In this document: positions 8,973 through 18,326 of the stretch, piece by piece
Numbering within the stretch: the first letter of the stretch is position 1
Layout: each line of letters begins with the position of its first letter
From: an uncultured Verrucomicrobiae bacterium
GTDB lineage: Bacteria > Verrucomicrobiota > Verrucomicrobiia > Chthoniobacterales > Chthoniobacteraceae
NCBI GenBank assembly: GCA_963828525.1
Contig: CAWHEP010000011.1
Span: forward strand, 1 to 64,000
Length of the DNA: 64,000 nt
Direction: 5' to 3'
Notes under the pieces: generated by a model
Seen by the model: the letters and a program-made list of their open reading frames with translations, nothing else
The model's database searches: none
Told to the model about the DNA's origin: nothing
Made by a program: the position numbers and the translations under genes

Positions 8973-9332
8973 ATGCGTCACAAGTACTCTTTTAACTGCA
9001 CATGGAGCGATGAAGACGGAGCGTTTATTGCCAGTGTTCCGGAATTGCCGGGATGCTCTGCTGACGGACGCACAGTCCCGCAGGCACTCAAGGCATTGGA
9101 TGTTGTAATTGACGAATGGATCGAAACCGCGAACGAGGATAAGCGGCCCGTCCCCAAGCCTCTCACCGCGAAGGTCTCCGCCGAATTCCAGAAAAAGTTC
9201 CGCGAGAAGCTTTCCGAACACGTGCAGCGTCAGGTTGAAATCGCCGTGGAAAAGGTGATCCAAGGGATTTCAAATTTCAATCCAGCTTTGACGGGGGGAA
9301 AAGACCCGGCGGATTATTGGAAAATTTGCTAA
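8973..9332 (+). CDS. hicB: HicB family antitoxin
   Basis: WSDEDGAFIASVPELPGCSADGRT...W...VPKP; directly downstream of hicA. Confidence 0.9.
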   Translation: MRHKYSFNCTWSDEDGAFIASVPELPGCSADGRTVPQALKALDVVIDEWIETANEDKRPVPKPLTAKVSAEFQKKFREKLSEHVQRQVEIAVEKVIQGISNFNPALTGGKDPADYWKIC

Positions 9333-9531
9333 CAAGCTCATTTCTGCGGCCCGCTGCTATAGCGGCTCTGACAGCCGTGTTTGCGGAATCCACAGGGAGT
9401 CTAGAAGTACCACGTAGCGCGTTTCCTCCGGATTCACTTCTGACCCAGGAGGAAGGTTGACACAGCCCGCGCGTTGCCCAACCTTCTTCGCAAGCGGCGG
9501 GGAGGTCTCCTCTGCGGACCGCGCTTATCCC

Positions 9532-10389
9532 ATGGTTTATACTTTAGGGCACTCACCTGATCCGGACGACGCGTTCATGTTCTACGCGCTGGCGGAAAAC
9601 CTGATAGATACACAAGGCTTTCAGTTTCAACACATCCTCCAGGATATCGAGACCCTGAACCAGCGAGCGATTCGCGGAGAGCTTCACATTTCGGCCATTT
9701 CCATTCACGCCTACGCGTATGTGCTGGAGAAATACGCGCTACTCCCGTGCGGAGCCAGTATGGGAGACGGTTACGGGCCGCTCCTTGTGGCGAGAGCCGG
9801 AGAAGGCCCGGGAGAGGCTGCTTCCGACGCGACTGTCCGCGCGTGGCTTGGCAAACGTGTCATCGCCGTTCCCGGTCCGATGACGAGCGCTTCTCTCGCG
9901 CTGCGTCTTTTCATGGGTGAATGCAATTCCATCAACGTGCCATTTGATCAGATTTTCGAGACCGTTCTCTCTGGCAAAGTCGACGCCGGATTAATCATCC
10001 ATGAAGGCCAGTTGACTTATCGCAGCGAAGGCTTCGCCAAAATTCTCGATTTAGGGGAGTGGTGGAAAGGGAAGACCCAGCTCCCTTTGCCGCTGGGCGG
10101 AAACGTCATTCGGAAGGACATTCCACCTCCTGTTCGAAAACAGATTTCGGATATCCTTCGCGAAAGCATCGAATATGGGCTGCGGCATCGCGCCGAGGGA
10201 GTGCGTCATTCCATGGGATGGGCGCGGAATATGGACACGACTCTCGCGGACAAGTTCATCGGGATGTATGTCAACGAGCTTACCCTGGATTATGGACCCG
10301 TTGGCCGCCGAGCGATCCATGAATTTCTCGGCGCCGCAAGCGTGGCGGGCATCATCCCCGCGCCTGTTGAACTCGAGTTCGTGGAGTAG
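9532..10389 (+). CDS. mqnD: 1,4-dihydroxy-6-naphthoate synthase (futalosine menaquinone pathway)
   Basis: LGHSPDPDDAFMF, DIETLN, GDGYGP, IIHEGQLTY, LPLPLG, MYVNE. Confidence 0.88.
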   Translation: MVYTLGHSPDPDDAFMFYALAENLIDTQGFQFQHILQDIETLNQRAIRGELHISAISIHAYAYVLEKYALLPCGASMGDGYGPLLVARAGEGPGEAASDATVRAWLGKRVIAVPGPMTSASLALRLFMGECNSINVPFDQIFETVLSGKVDAGLIIHEGQLTYRSEGFAKILDLGEWWKGKTQLPLPLGGNVIRKDIPPPVRKQISDILRESIEYGLRHRAEGVRHSMGWARNMDTTLADKFIGMYVNELTLDYGPVGRRAIHEFLGAASVAGIIPAPVELEFVE

Positions 10390-10435
10390 GGGCCGGAGAG
10401 CGACGCTTGCTCGCGGTGGTGTATAGTAGCGGGCC

Positions 10436-11302
10436 ATGACGATTTTTAAGGGCGTTGTCGCCGCTTTTATGATGATTTCGGGGTCGATTGCCCTGCGGGT
10501 GTCCGCTGCCGACGCCATCTCAATCGCTGTGCCAGTCGCGGTCAGTCAGCCAATCGAAGAGGCCGCTCATATACTGCTTACCGAACGCGGCATTCAGACG
10601 GACATCGATTCAGAAGAAGGCAGCTCCGGATGCGTGCAGGCCCTGGGTGAAGGGCGGGCGCGCCTGGCCGTTACAACCCGATTAATTTCCGCCGAAGATC
10701 GCTCCAGCTATCCTGAAGTGAACTTCAACGAGATTCGCTTTGGCGAGCAGGCGATCGGACTCGTCGTCTCGCGCGACGTATGGGAGGGCGGCGTCCATTC
10801 GCTCACCCGCGCGCAGGCGCGAGCGATCTACGAACGCAGGATCACGACTTGGGACGAGGTCGGTGGCCCGCGCGTAAAGATTTCTTTTTTCAATTTCGAA
10901 GAGGGACACGGGAAGTGGGAGATATTTGCCCTGTGGCTTTATGGCGACCTGAAGAAAGCCTCATCGGGTCGCTTCCAGGTTGTGAAGGACGACCAGGAAG
11001 TAAAAAACTGCGTCGCTTCTGGCACCGGAGCCATGTCCCAAATCTCTCTCCCGCTGGCTGACGGCAAGACGCTTTTCGCTCTCTCGATAAAACAAGACGA
11101 CGGGAAGGTGGTGGAAGCGACAAGTAAGAATGTCGCGAACGGCGCGTATCCGCTCGCGCATCCTCTGCTTATGATCGTCGATGACAAACCGACGATGGGC
11201 GCAAAAACGTTCGTGGATTTTGCGATCAGTCCCCGGGGCCAGGAGTGTTTGAAGGAGTTTGGATTTCTCAGTCTGAAAGACGTCGAGCCGTCGAAGCCTT
11301 AG
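10436..11302 (+). CDS. PstS-like periplasmic substrate-binding protein (orphan)
   Basis: Signal peptide, GSSG, ITTWDEVGG, GAYPLAHPL, FVDFAISPRGQ. Confidence 0.75.
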   Translation: MTIFKGVVAAFMMISGSIALRVSAADAISIAVPVAVSQPIEEAAHILLTERGIQTDIDSEEGSSGCVQALGEGRARLAVTTRLISAEDRSSYPEVNFNEIRFGEQAIGLVVSRDVWEGGVHSLTRAQARAIYERRITTWDEVGGPRVKISFFNFEEGHGKWEIFALWLYGDLKKASSGRFQVVKDDQEVKNCVASGTGAMSQISLPLADGKTLFALSIKQDDGKVVEATSKNVANGAYPLAHPLLMIVDDKPTMGAKTFVDFAISPRGQECLKEFGFLSLKDVEPSKP

Positions 11303-11320
11303 TCGATTCTCATATCTCGA

Positions 11321-12712
11321 TCATTGCGCGAATACAGCGTGGCAGACAAAGGTGGACGCCACCACGCCACTGAGATCCGCGATCAGGCCCGCGAGAACAG
11401 CGTGGCGGGTGCGCTTTATCGCCACTGACCCAAAGTAAACAGTGAGCACGTAGAAGGTGGTCTCTGTGCTGCCGTAGATCGTCCCCGCAAGCCGGCTTGT
11501 GAAGCTGTCTGGCCCAAATCGCTTTACCAGCTCGGCAAAAATGCCGAATGTCGCGCCTCCGCTCAACGGTCGCATGAGCACCAAGGGCATGAGGTCCGCG
11601 GGAAAACGCGCAAGGTTGAGCGCGGGCGCCAGCGCGTCAGAAACCAGTTTAATGACTCCCGCCTCGCGCAGCATCGCAATGGCCGCGAGCATTGCCACCA
11701 GAAAGGGGACAATCTTCAGCACCACCGGGAAAGCCTCGCGAGCTCCTTCCACAAACTGCTCGTACACTTTCACTCCTCGCAACGCCGCGTAGAGCGGGAA
11801 GAACGAGAGCAAAAACGGCACGGCAAGCACCGAGACGGTGTCCAGCGAGCGGATGATGATCCCTCGGCCCGCGCCCTGCGCGATGGGGGAGGGGACTGCC
11901 AGCTTCGTCGTGGTGGAGGGAAGCGCGGAGCGCGCAGATTCGAGCAGCGAGTTGGTTTTTTCCGGGAAAACCGCGATTGCGAAGAAGATCCCAAAGAGAA
12001 CCAGAAAACACGCGATCGCGGCTCGACCCGCTTTCGTCAACGGAGCTGGCGCGATCTTCTCAAGATCAATTTGTCCGAGTGTGTTTTGCGCGGTGTTGCC
12101 GACGGTGGATGGATCAGGAGCAGCCAGGCGAAACACCTTCAATCTTTCCAGCAGTTTGGCGGAAGTCACGCCCGCGATCGCCGCGCAGGCGGTGGCCAGA
12201 AAGGCGGTACTCACGATCGCGGTCGGGTTCTTTGAACCCGCGCCGACAAAAATAAGGATGGCGGTTGTCGGCAGCAACTGCACGGAGCTGGTGCAGATTG
12301 CCAGGAAGGTGCACATCGCGTTGGTTGCGACCCCGGGCCGGGGATTCAACCTCTCAAGGTCCGACATCGCTCGCAACCCCAATGGAGTCGCGGCGTTTCC
12401 GAGACCGAGCATGTTCGCCGCGACACTCAGAACCATGGATCCCATCGCGGGATGTTCGGGAGGCACGTCAGGGAAAAGACGGCTCATAAGCGGCCGCAGA
12501 AAACGGGCAAGGAGTTGCACGAAGCCGGATTGTTCGGCAAGCCGCATCATCCCGAGCCACACCGCCATTCCGCCAGCCAGCGGCAGCGCGATGCTGACGA
12601 CCGCGTCCTTGGCGGCCGCGAACACGCCGATCGTCATGTCCGGCAGTCGCCCGGTGAAGCCGCCCACCACCACTGAGATCAGGATGATCCCCAGCCAGAT
12701 GTAATTCATCAT
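11321..12712 (-). CDS. SpmA/SpmB fusion, nucleoside-recognition (Gate) domain membrane protein
   Basis: ANMLGLGNAATPLG, MRPLSG, GSTETTFYV. Confidence 0.9.
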   Translation of the reverse strand: MMNYIWLGIILISVVVGGFTGRLPDMTIGVFAAAKDAVVSIALPLAGGMAVWLGMMRLAEQSGFVQLLARFLRPLMSRLFPDVPPEHPAMGSMVLSVAANMLGLGNAATPLGLRAMSDLERLNPRPGVATNAMCTFLAICTSSVQLLPTTAILIFVGAGSKNPTAIVSTAFLATACAAIAGVTSAKLLERLKVFRLAAPDPSTVGNTAQNTLGQIDLEKIAPAPLTKAGRAAIACFLVLFGIFFAIAVFPEKTNSLLESARSALPSTTTKLAVPSPIAQGAGRGIIIRSLDTVSVLAVPFLLSFFPLYAALRGVKVYEQFVEGAREAFPVVLKIVPFLVAMLAAIAMLREAGVIKLVSDALAPALNLARFPADLMPLVLMRPLSGGATFGIFAELVKRFGPDSFTSRLAGTIYGSTETTFYVLTVYFGSVAIKRTRHAVLAGLIADLSGVVASTFVCHAVFAQ

Positions 12713-12816
12713 CGCGGGCGATTATGCGAATGCCGCCCAGTCGAGGCGAAGACTAAATTGCCCGTCTCAACGTCTTTGCAAAAAGCGAACTCATGCTACT
12801 TTAACACTCCCTTTTT

Positions 12817-14007
12817 ATGGCTCAAAGCATCATTGACCCTGCAAGGCTGGCTCGCATCGAGTTCAGCAACGACGAAGTTGCGCGCTACTCACGGCACCTC
12901 ATCATGCCGGAGGTCACGATGGAAGGGCAGCGGCGCATCAAAGCTTCCGCCGTTTTGTGCATTGGAACGGGCGGGCTGGGATCGCCCATCGCTCTTTATC
13001 TGGCCGCCGCTGGCGTGGGACGGCTCGGCCTCGTGGATGGCGATATCGTCGATTTTTCGAACTTGCAGCGCCAAATCCTGCACGGAACCAAGGATGTCGG
13101 ACGCAAGAAGCTGAACTCCGCTCGTGATCGCATCCGCGAGGTGAATCCAAACGTCCAGGTTGATCTCTACGACACGATGTTCCGAGCCGAGAACGCGATG
13201 GAAATCGCGCGGGACTACGACGTGATCATCGATGGCACGGACAACTTCCCCACCCGCTATCTTTCAAACGACGTGGGAGTGTTCCTCAAGAAACCCAATA
13301 TCTACGGCTCGATCTTCAGGTTCGAGGGGCAATGCACGGTATTCGCGCCGCATCTCGGCGGACCTTGCTACCGGTGCATGGTTCCCGAGCCGCCGCCTCC
13401 AGGCCTTGTACCCAGTTGCGCCGAAGGTGGAGTCTTGGGTGTGTTGCCAGGCATCATCGGCGTGATGCAAGCCATCGAAGCGATAAAGCTGATCATCGGG
13501 ATCGGCAATTCGCTGATTGGCCGTCTTGTGCTATTCGACGCTCTCCAGCTCAAATTCCGCGAGGTGAAACTGCGTCGCGACCCCAAATGCCCTGTATGTG
13601 GAGAAAACCCAACGATCACTGAGTTGATCGACTACGATCAATTCTGTGGAATACCACAGGCTGCCGCTGCTGAAGCCGCCGAGGAACCGCTGCCCACTAT
13701 GACAGTCCAGGAGTTGAAAACAAAAATCGATTCGAAAGAGCCTTTTGTGCTGATCGACGTGCGCGAGCCGTTTGAATATGACATCTCACGGATCCCCGGT
13801 TCCAAACTGATCCCACTTGGGGAGCTTGCGTCGCGCATGAGCGAGCTCGATAGCGCCGACGAGATCGTCCTTCAGTGCAAGAGCGGAGCGCGGAGTGGCC
13901 GGGCGTTGAAACTGCTGCGTGAAGCAGGTTTCAGCAAAGCCGTGAACCTGGAAGGCGGCATCGAGGCCTGGGCTGACCAGATCGATCCTTCGGTTCCCAA
14001 GTACTAG
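12817..14007 (+). CDS. moeB: MoeB/MoeZ adenylyltransferase with C-terminal rhodanese domain
   Basis: RYSRH, GTGGLG, SNLQRQ, PCYRC, SCAEGG, CPVC, rhodanese CKSGARS. Confidence 0.92.
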   Translation: MAQSIIDPARLARIEFSNDEVARYSRHLIMPEVTMEGQRRIKASAVLCIGTGGLGSPIALYLAAAGVGRLGLVDGDIVDFSNLQRQILHGTKDVGRKKLNSARDRIREVNPNVQVDLYDTMFRAENAMEIARDYDVIIDGTDNFPTRYLSNDVGVFLKKPNIYGSIFRFEGQCTVFAPHLGGPCYRCMVPEPPPPGLVPSCAEGGVLGVLPGIIGVMQAIEAIKLIIGIGNSLIGRLVLFDALQLKFREVKLRRDPKCPVCGENPTITELIDYDQFCGIPQAAAAEAAEEPLPTMTVQELKTKIDSKEPFVLIDVREPFEYDISRIPGSKLIPLGELASRMSELDSADEIVLQCKSGARSGRALKLLREAGFSKAVNLEGGIEAWADQIDPSVPKY

Positions 14008-14058
14008 GCTAGGCCGAGTCGTCGTTCTTCTTCGACTCCTGAGGGGACGGTGGCGGCG

Positions 14059-14202
14059 CACCTCCTGGCGGAGTTGGGTGCTGACGCCGCAAACGAGCCA
14101 GTCGCCGAACGGTGGCATCTGGCGCAATAAAATCGCCGGTCGTAGCTTGGCGCGTCCGTCAGCCTGCGGGAGTGGCGTAAGAGCCACATCGCCCTCGGTC
14201 AT
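14059..14202 (-). pseudogene. Truncated PemK/MazF family toxin (48 homologous codons)
   Basis: MTEGDVALTPLPQADGRAKLRPAILL...DWLVCGVST; recognisable sequence stops after QEV; ATGA overlap with the upstream antitoxin. Confidence 0.8.
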
Positions 14203-14423
14203 CTCCGGAGGTCGGCCACCGTGTATTCGGGTTCGTCGTCGCCGTAAGCTCGCGCGAGACTCTGCGCGCTGAGGGCCGCCCACTCTGCGCGCTCGCTGTC
14301 ATGCTCTGGCGTTGCCGGTGAAAGCACGGTCACAGCCAAAGAGGCGTTCGGCAGAAGCTCGAACGGTTCGTCGAGCACAATGTGCTCGCCGTCGTAATGG
14401 GCTTTGAGAATCACGGATGACAT
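14199..14423 (-). CDS. Putative antitoxin (DUF104/AF2212-like)
   Basis: LKAHYDGEHIVLDEPFEL...LARAYGDDEPEY; small acidic protein coupled to the PemK-like gene. Confidence 0.75.
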   Translation of the reverse strand: MSSVILKAHYDGEHIVLDEPFELLPNASLAVTVLSPATPEHDSERAEWAALSAQSLARAYGDDEPEYTVADLRR

Positions 14424-14469
14424 GGAAGACGAATACTCCTTCGCGTTGGTCAGGGCAAGGCGCAGAAGC

Positions 14470-14529
14470 GCCTAATGTCCTCAGCGTCAGCGACGGCCGG
14501 AGCCGTTCGCTGCGGCGAATGGGTTAGCT
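14470..14529 (-). mobile_element. Degenerate integron attC-like recombination site
   Basis: Minus strand AGCTAAC-CCATTCGCCGCAGCGAACGGCTCCGGCCGTCGCTGACGCTGAGGAC-ATTAGGC: inverse core TAAC, core (G>A)TTAGGC, central imperfect stem, 60 bp. Confidence 0.65.
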
Positions 14530-14661
14530 GTTGGAGTTCTCTCTGTTCCAGTTGTAAATCGCCAGCCGTCCTCGCCAGCCTGCCAAACACTCGATTCATC
14601 TAGCCTGCTTGGAGGGGCTGTTTTGGGATCGTTGAAACACGCCCCGAAAGCCGGGATGATG

Positions 14662-15054
14662 TTATCGTCTCTTCCGCTTTGAGTTGGACCTCATCCAATT
14701 CGCATAGCTGGACTCGGGCATATCACCAGCTGCCAAAGCGAGGGTGTGGAGGGCGGCCTCCGCCTCGCTCGCGAAAAACTCAAGTCCGTTTCGTTCCAGA
14801 AAGCCTGCACCCGCCATAAAACCCGTCCTTTTGTTGCCATCCAGAAATGGATGATTCTTGATGATCCCACCGGTATAAGCGGCTGCAAGATTTGCAAGGG
14901 CGGGCTTGCCGTATGCATACAGCTGCTTTGGTCGCGAGAGCGCCGAGTCTAACAGGCCTCCGTCGCGCAAACCGGTAGCGCCGCCGTATTGAGACAGCAT
15001 CATGTCGTGCAGCGCCAGGCATTCCTCGCGCGTAAGCCAGTATGGCTCCGTCAC
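14662..15054 (-). CDS. doc: Doc (death-on-curing) Fic-family toxin
   Basis: GLRDGGLLDSALSRP, HPFLDGNKRTG. Confidence 0.92.
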   Translation of the reverse strand: MTEPYWLTREECLALHDMMLSQYGGATGLRDGGLLDSALSRPKQLYAYGKPALANLAAAYTGGIIKNHPFLDGNKRTGFMAGAGFLERNGLEFFASEAEAALHTLALAAGDMPESSYANWMRSNSKRKRR

Positions 15055-15278
15055 TTTGCCAGTTCGCGCAACGTGTTCCGGTACCTCTGGCTGAGCGAGG
15101 CAAAAACCGCCATGGTCCTGGCAAAATCAGGATTGGCAGTCGTGAGACGCGCGCCATCCTGCGCCTCGGTAAGCGTGAGAGTATCGCCCTCGCGCGCCTT
15201 GAGGAGAGCGAGCGCCTCCTTGTTCAACACGACGCCAAGGGAATTTCCGACCTTTCGTACCTTCAGTTCAATTGGCAT
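15051..15278 (-). CDS. AbrB/MazE family antitoxin
   Basis: LKVRKVGNSLGVVL...RYRNTLRELAK; GTGA overlap with doc. Confidence 0.9.
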   Translation of the reverse strand: MPIELKVRKVGNSLGVVLNKEALALLKAREGDTLTLTEAQDGARLTTANPDFARTMAVFASLSQRYRNTLRELAK

Positions 15279-15284
15279 CCTTCA

Positions 15285-15312
15285 AATGTAGCTACAGATG
15301 TTATTACATCAA
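15285..15312 (-). promoter_or_regulatory. Promoter and overlapping palindromic operators of the abrB-doc operon
   Basis: TTGATG-N16-TACATT, 6 nt before the ATG; perfect palindrome TGTAGCTACA (15287-15296) and near-perfect GATGTTATTACATC (15297-15310). Confidence 0.65.
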
Positions 15313-15387
15313 TGCTTTCTTGCCTCATCCCCATGAAGCTCCTTGCTTTTGCTGGCCATGCACTCATAATGGATTGCGGTTCAACTT

Positions 15388-15464
15388 CGGGCTGTGGCTC
15401 AGCTTGGTAGAGCGCCTCGTTCGGGACGAGGAGGCCGAGGGTTCAAATCCCTCCAGCCCGACCA
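15388..15464 (+). tRNA. tRNA-Pro (anticodon CGG)
   Basis: CGGGCTG/CAGCCCG acceptor stem, D arm GCTCAGCTTGGTAGAGC, anticodon arm CCTCG-TTCGGGA-CGAGG, GGTTCAAATCC, encoded CCA. Confidence 0.97.
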
Positions 15465-15518
15465 CTTTCGCGAACGCCGCTGCCCTCCTGCCGCGTCTGC
15501 TCTGCGCCGCGGCTCGAC

Positions 15519-18326
15519 CTATCCCTCGATGATCACCGTTAGTGGCAGCGGATAGCGACCGCTATCGCCGCCATACAGGGTGCAGCCGCCGCGGGCGGTC
15601 ACGTCGGCGGGCACGGCGCAGCGCAGCCGCAGCGATCCGGTATCAGAATGCGCAAGCACTTCGCCGAGGAGCGCGCCTTCGACAGTTGCGCTGGCCAGGT
15701 AACCGTAGGCTCCTTGCGCTCCACGCAGGTACGAGAGTGCCCCGCGCGTGTCGTGGGGATGATTTGGGAGAACCTGCTGATAGACGCGGGCGCCGTTGAT
15801 CTCCATTCGGAAGACGGTCGGGTGGGTGAATGGATCTGTCTGGGGCGTCCCTTCGCGGTGCGCTGAGGCCTCGCACAAAACCCGAATTCGCGAACAATTG
15901 CGGAGACGTTCGTCCGGGACGGCAAACGTCCATTCGAAAAAACCGGAGCCATTCCCGTAGCAGACGCCGTTTTTCTGCGCCTCGGCGGGGGAGGAAAAGC
16001 CGTCGCTCCACTCCGCCGCGTCCCACGTGTCCGGCTCGGCGCGGAGGATCATCCGGCCGTCGACCTGCTCTTGATGCGGGTGACCGCCATCGATGAAAAA
16101 CTGCACATAGTTTTGGGCGACTTGCGCTCCGTGGCCCGTAACGGCGCTGACCCGAAGCGCGCAGAGCATTGTCCGCTCCGGCATGCGCAAAGCGATACGT
16201 TCCGCCAGTTCGACACGATGCACGCGAAAGGGAATCGGCTTCGCGCCGGAGGCGAGATCGTCATGAATCCAGCCTAGAGAATCGATGCCGGTGAGCCGCC
16301 ATTGCAAGGTCACATTCTCGCGCGGCAGGCGCGAGAAATGGGAGGAGAAGATGTCGATTGCCAGCTCCTGCCCGGGCGCGCAGCGTTGGATCGGCGGGGC
16401 GTCGATGGGAAGCACGTCGCCGCAATTCACGCTGGTTGTATCGTAGCCGAATTCTTTCGGCGTTCGGTCGTAGTTCAGCATCCCGTTGCGCTCCCATTCG
16501 ACGTCGTGCAACTCGGTGTAGATATAGGCGGATAGCTTGCGGTGGCGGCGCAGTTCATTCGTGAGGAACTTGAACGACCAGCTTGTGTCCACATCGCCAT
16601 CAAGCGCGCCGACGCCGCCGTATTCGCTATTGATTAGCGGCTGCGCGCCCTGCTGGAAGCCAGGGGAATAGTTAAATGTCGAGCCGGCATAGGTCTTCTC
16701 CACTACTTCCTCGATGTGCGCCCGCGCCTTTTCATAGCTGCCCGTGTAAAAGTGCCACGAATTCACGTCCGTCGCTCGATGCCCGTAGCAGGCGAGATGA
16801 TCCCAGGCCACGACGCTCATGTCTTCGACGAGGCGGGTGGGATCGAGCACCTTGGCAAGCCGCCACATCGCTTCGACCCAGCCGAAGGCGATCTCATTCG
16901 CGAGCTTTGCGCCCTCGACACTGACGAGCGCGTCCGGTCCCGCGCTCGGCGGCATGGGGTTGATGAGTTTGACGAATTCGGCCTGCCCGCCAAAGCCCCA
17001 CGTTTCATTGAACAAACACCACGCGATGATGGATGGGTGATTGAAGTCGCGGGCCACGGCCGCGCGCATCATTTCCTCAAAGCGCCGCCGCCCAGTCGGC
17101 GTGTCGCCGCCTTCGCCGAAGTTAGGGAAGTCTGCCATGAGCAAAATGCCAAGGGTGTCAGCGGCATGCAGCAACAGCGGGTCGTCGATCTTGATATGCA
17201 CGCGCAGCATGTCGAACCCCGCCCGCTTGGCGAAAAGGATGTCATCATGGAGCACCTGGACATCGCCAGCGGTGTAAATGCCTTCCACGTGATAGCTCTG
17301 GTAGAGCGCGCCGCGCAGGTAGATTGGCTTCCCATTAAAGATGAGCGCGCTCGGCGCGTCCGAATCTTCGACTCGCTCCGACGAAAGTGAACGCATGCCG
17401 AAATAGGAATGCACCACGTCGTCACCGGATTCACCACGGAGGGTCAGCTTCAGCCGGTAAAGCTTCGGGTCGTTCGGATCCCACAGGATTGCGGGGTGAA
17501 GCCGAATCCCGAACTCGACCTGCCTGTTCGCGACCGGAAATGTTTGCGCAAGCTTTTCCCCCGCGGGCGACGTGATTTCGACTGCCAGGTCTGTTCCACC
17601 TTCCACGAAAACCAGCATGCCGACTTCTTCGGTCACGATGTCCGCAGTGATCTCAAAGCGATCGATACAGGCCCGCGCGCGCGGCTCTAGAAACACCGTC
17701 TGCCAAATGCCGCTCACGCTGGAATACCAGCCCCATTGTTTGCCCACGGGCTGTTCGCGGTTCTCCATCGGATCCTCCACGCGAATCACGAGTTCCGCCG
17801 TCAGTTCCCCATTGGGACCGCGTATCAAAGTGTCTGTGAGGTCGAACTCAAACGGCGTGTAGCCGCCCTCGTGCCTGCCGACATGGGTTCCGTTGCACCA
17901 GCAATCGGTAAAGAAATCGGCGGCGCCGATCGTGAGTACGATACGCCGGCCTTCCCAATGCTCGTTCCGCGGAATCGCGATCGCGCGCCGATACCAGCCA
18001 ACCTCAAAGCGCGCCGCATGGCGATAGTTGAAAGGCGTGACTTCCAATGGATTGCGGTAAACGAATGAGGAGACAAAGTTGTCGTTGCCCGCCGCGTCCG
18101 CTTCTCCCCATGCCGCCAGCGATTCCCAGCAAAACGGCACAACGATCTGCCTCGCCCAACGTGTCCCTCCGGGAGCAAACCACTGCTCCTCGATTCCACG
18201 CCGTTCGCCGTCGAAGCAAAACTCCCACGCGCCATTAAGATTGAGCCAATCGACGCCGTTCACGAAGGCGCGTTGGCGATCGGGGCGTGGATACTCCGGG
18301 CGTGGAAGAAAGACGCGTTCGCGCAT
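15519..18326 (-). CDS. GH2 family glycoside hydrolase (no signal peptide seen)
   Basis: PRPEYPRP, WLNLNGAWEF, HEGGYTPFEFD, GIWQTV, RDFNHPSIIAWCLFNETWG, LINSEYGG; start approximate. Confidence 0.88.
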   Translation of the reverse strand: MRERVFLPRPEYPRPDRQRAFVNGVDWLNLNGAWEFCFDGERRGIEEQWFAPGGTRWARQIVVPFCWESLAAWGEADAAGNDNFVSSFVYRNPLEVTPFNYRHAARFEVGWYRRAIAIPRNEHWEGRRIVLTIGAADFFTDCWCNGTHVGRHEGGYTPFEFDLTDTLIRGPNGELTAELVIRVEDPMENREQPVGKQWGWYSSVSGIWQTVFLEPRARACIDRFEITADIVTEEVGMLVFVEGGTDLAVEITSPAGEKLAQTFPVANRQVEFGIRLHPAILWDPNDPKLYRLKLTLRGESGDDVVHSYFGMRSLSSERVEDSDAPSALIFNGKPIYLRGALYQSYHVEGIYTAGDVQVLHDDILFAKRAGFDMLRVHIKIDDPLLLHAADTLGILLMADFPNFGEGGDTPTGRRRFEEMMRAAVARDFNHPSIIAWCLFNETWGFGGQAEFVKLINPMPPSAGPDALVSVEGAKLANEIAFGWVEAMWRLAKVLDPTRLVEDMSVVAWDHLACYGHRATDVNSWHFYTGSYEKARAHIEEVVEKTYAGSTFNYSPGFQQGAQPLINSEYGGVGALDGDVDTSWSFKFLTNELRRHRKLSAYIYTELHDVEWERNGMLNYDRTPKEFGYDTTSVNCGDVLPIDAPPIQRCAPGQELAIDIFSSHFSRLPRENVTLQWRLTGIDSLGWIHDDLASGAKPIPFRVHRVELAERIALRMPERTMLCALRVSAVTGHGAQVAQNYVQFFIDGGHPHQEQVDGRMILRAEPDTWDAAEWSDGFSSPAEAQKNGVCYGNGSGFFEWTFAVPDERLRNCSRIRVLCEASAHREGTPQTDPFTHPTVFRMEINGARVYQQVLPNHPHDTRGALSYLRGAQGAYGYLASATVEGALLGEVLAHSDTGSLRLRCAVPADVTARGGCTLYGGDSGRYPLPLTVIIEG

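Noticed and set aside
13786..14058. C-terminal extension of the PemK-like ORF as a real domain
   Set aside because: Read-through after truncation, mostly antisense to moeB
15388..15519. Prophage or genomic island integrated at tRNA-Pro
   Set aside because: No integrase and no duplicated tRNA 3' end seen in the window
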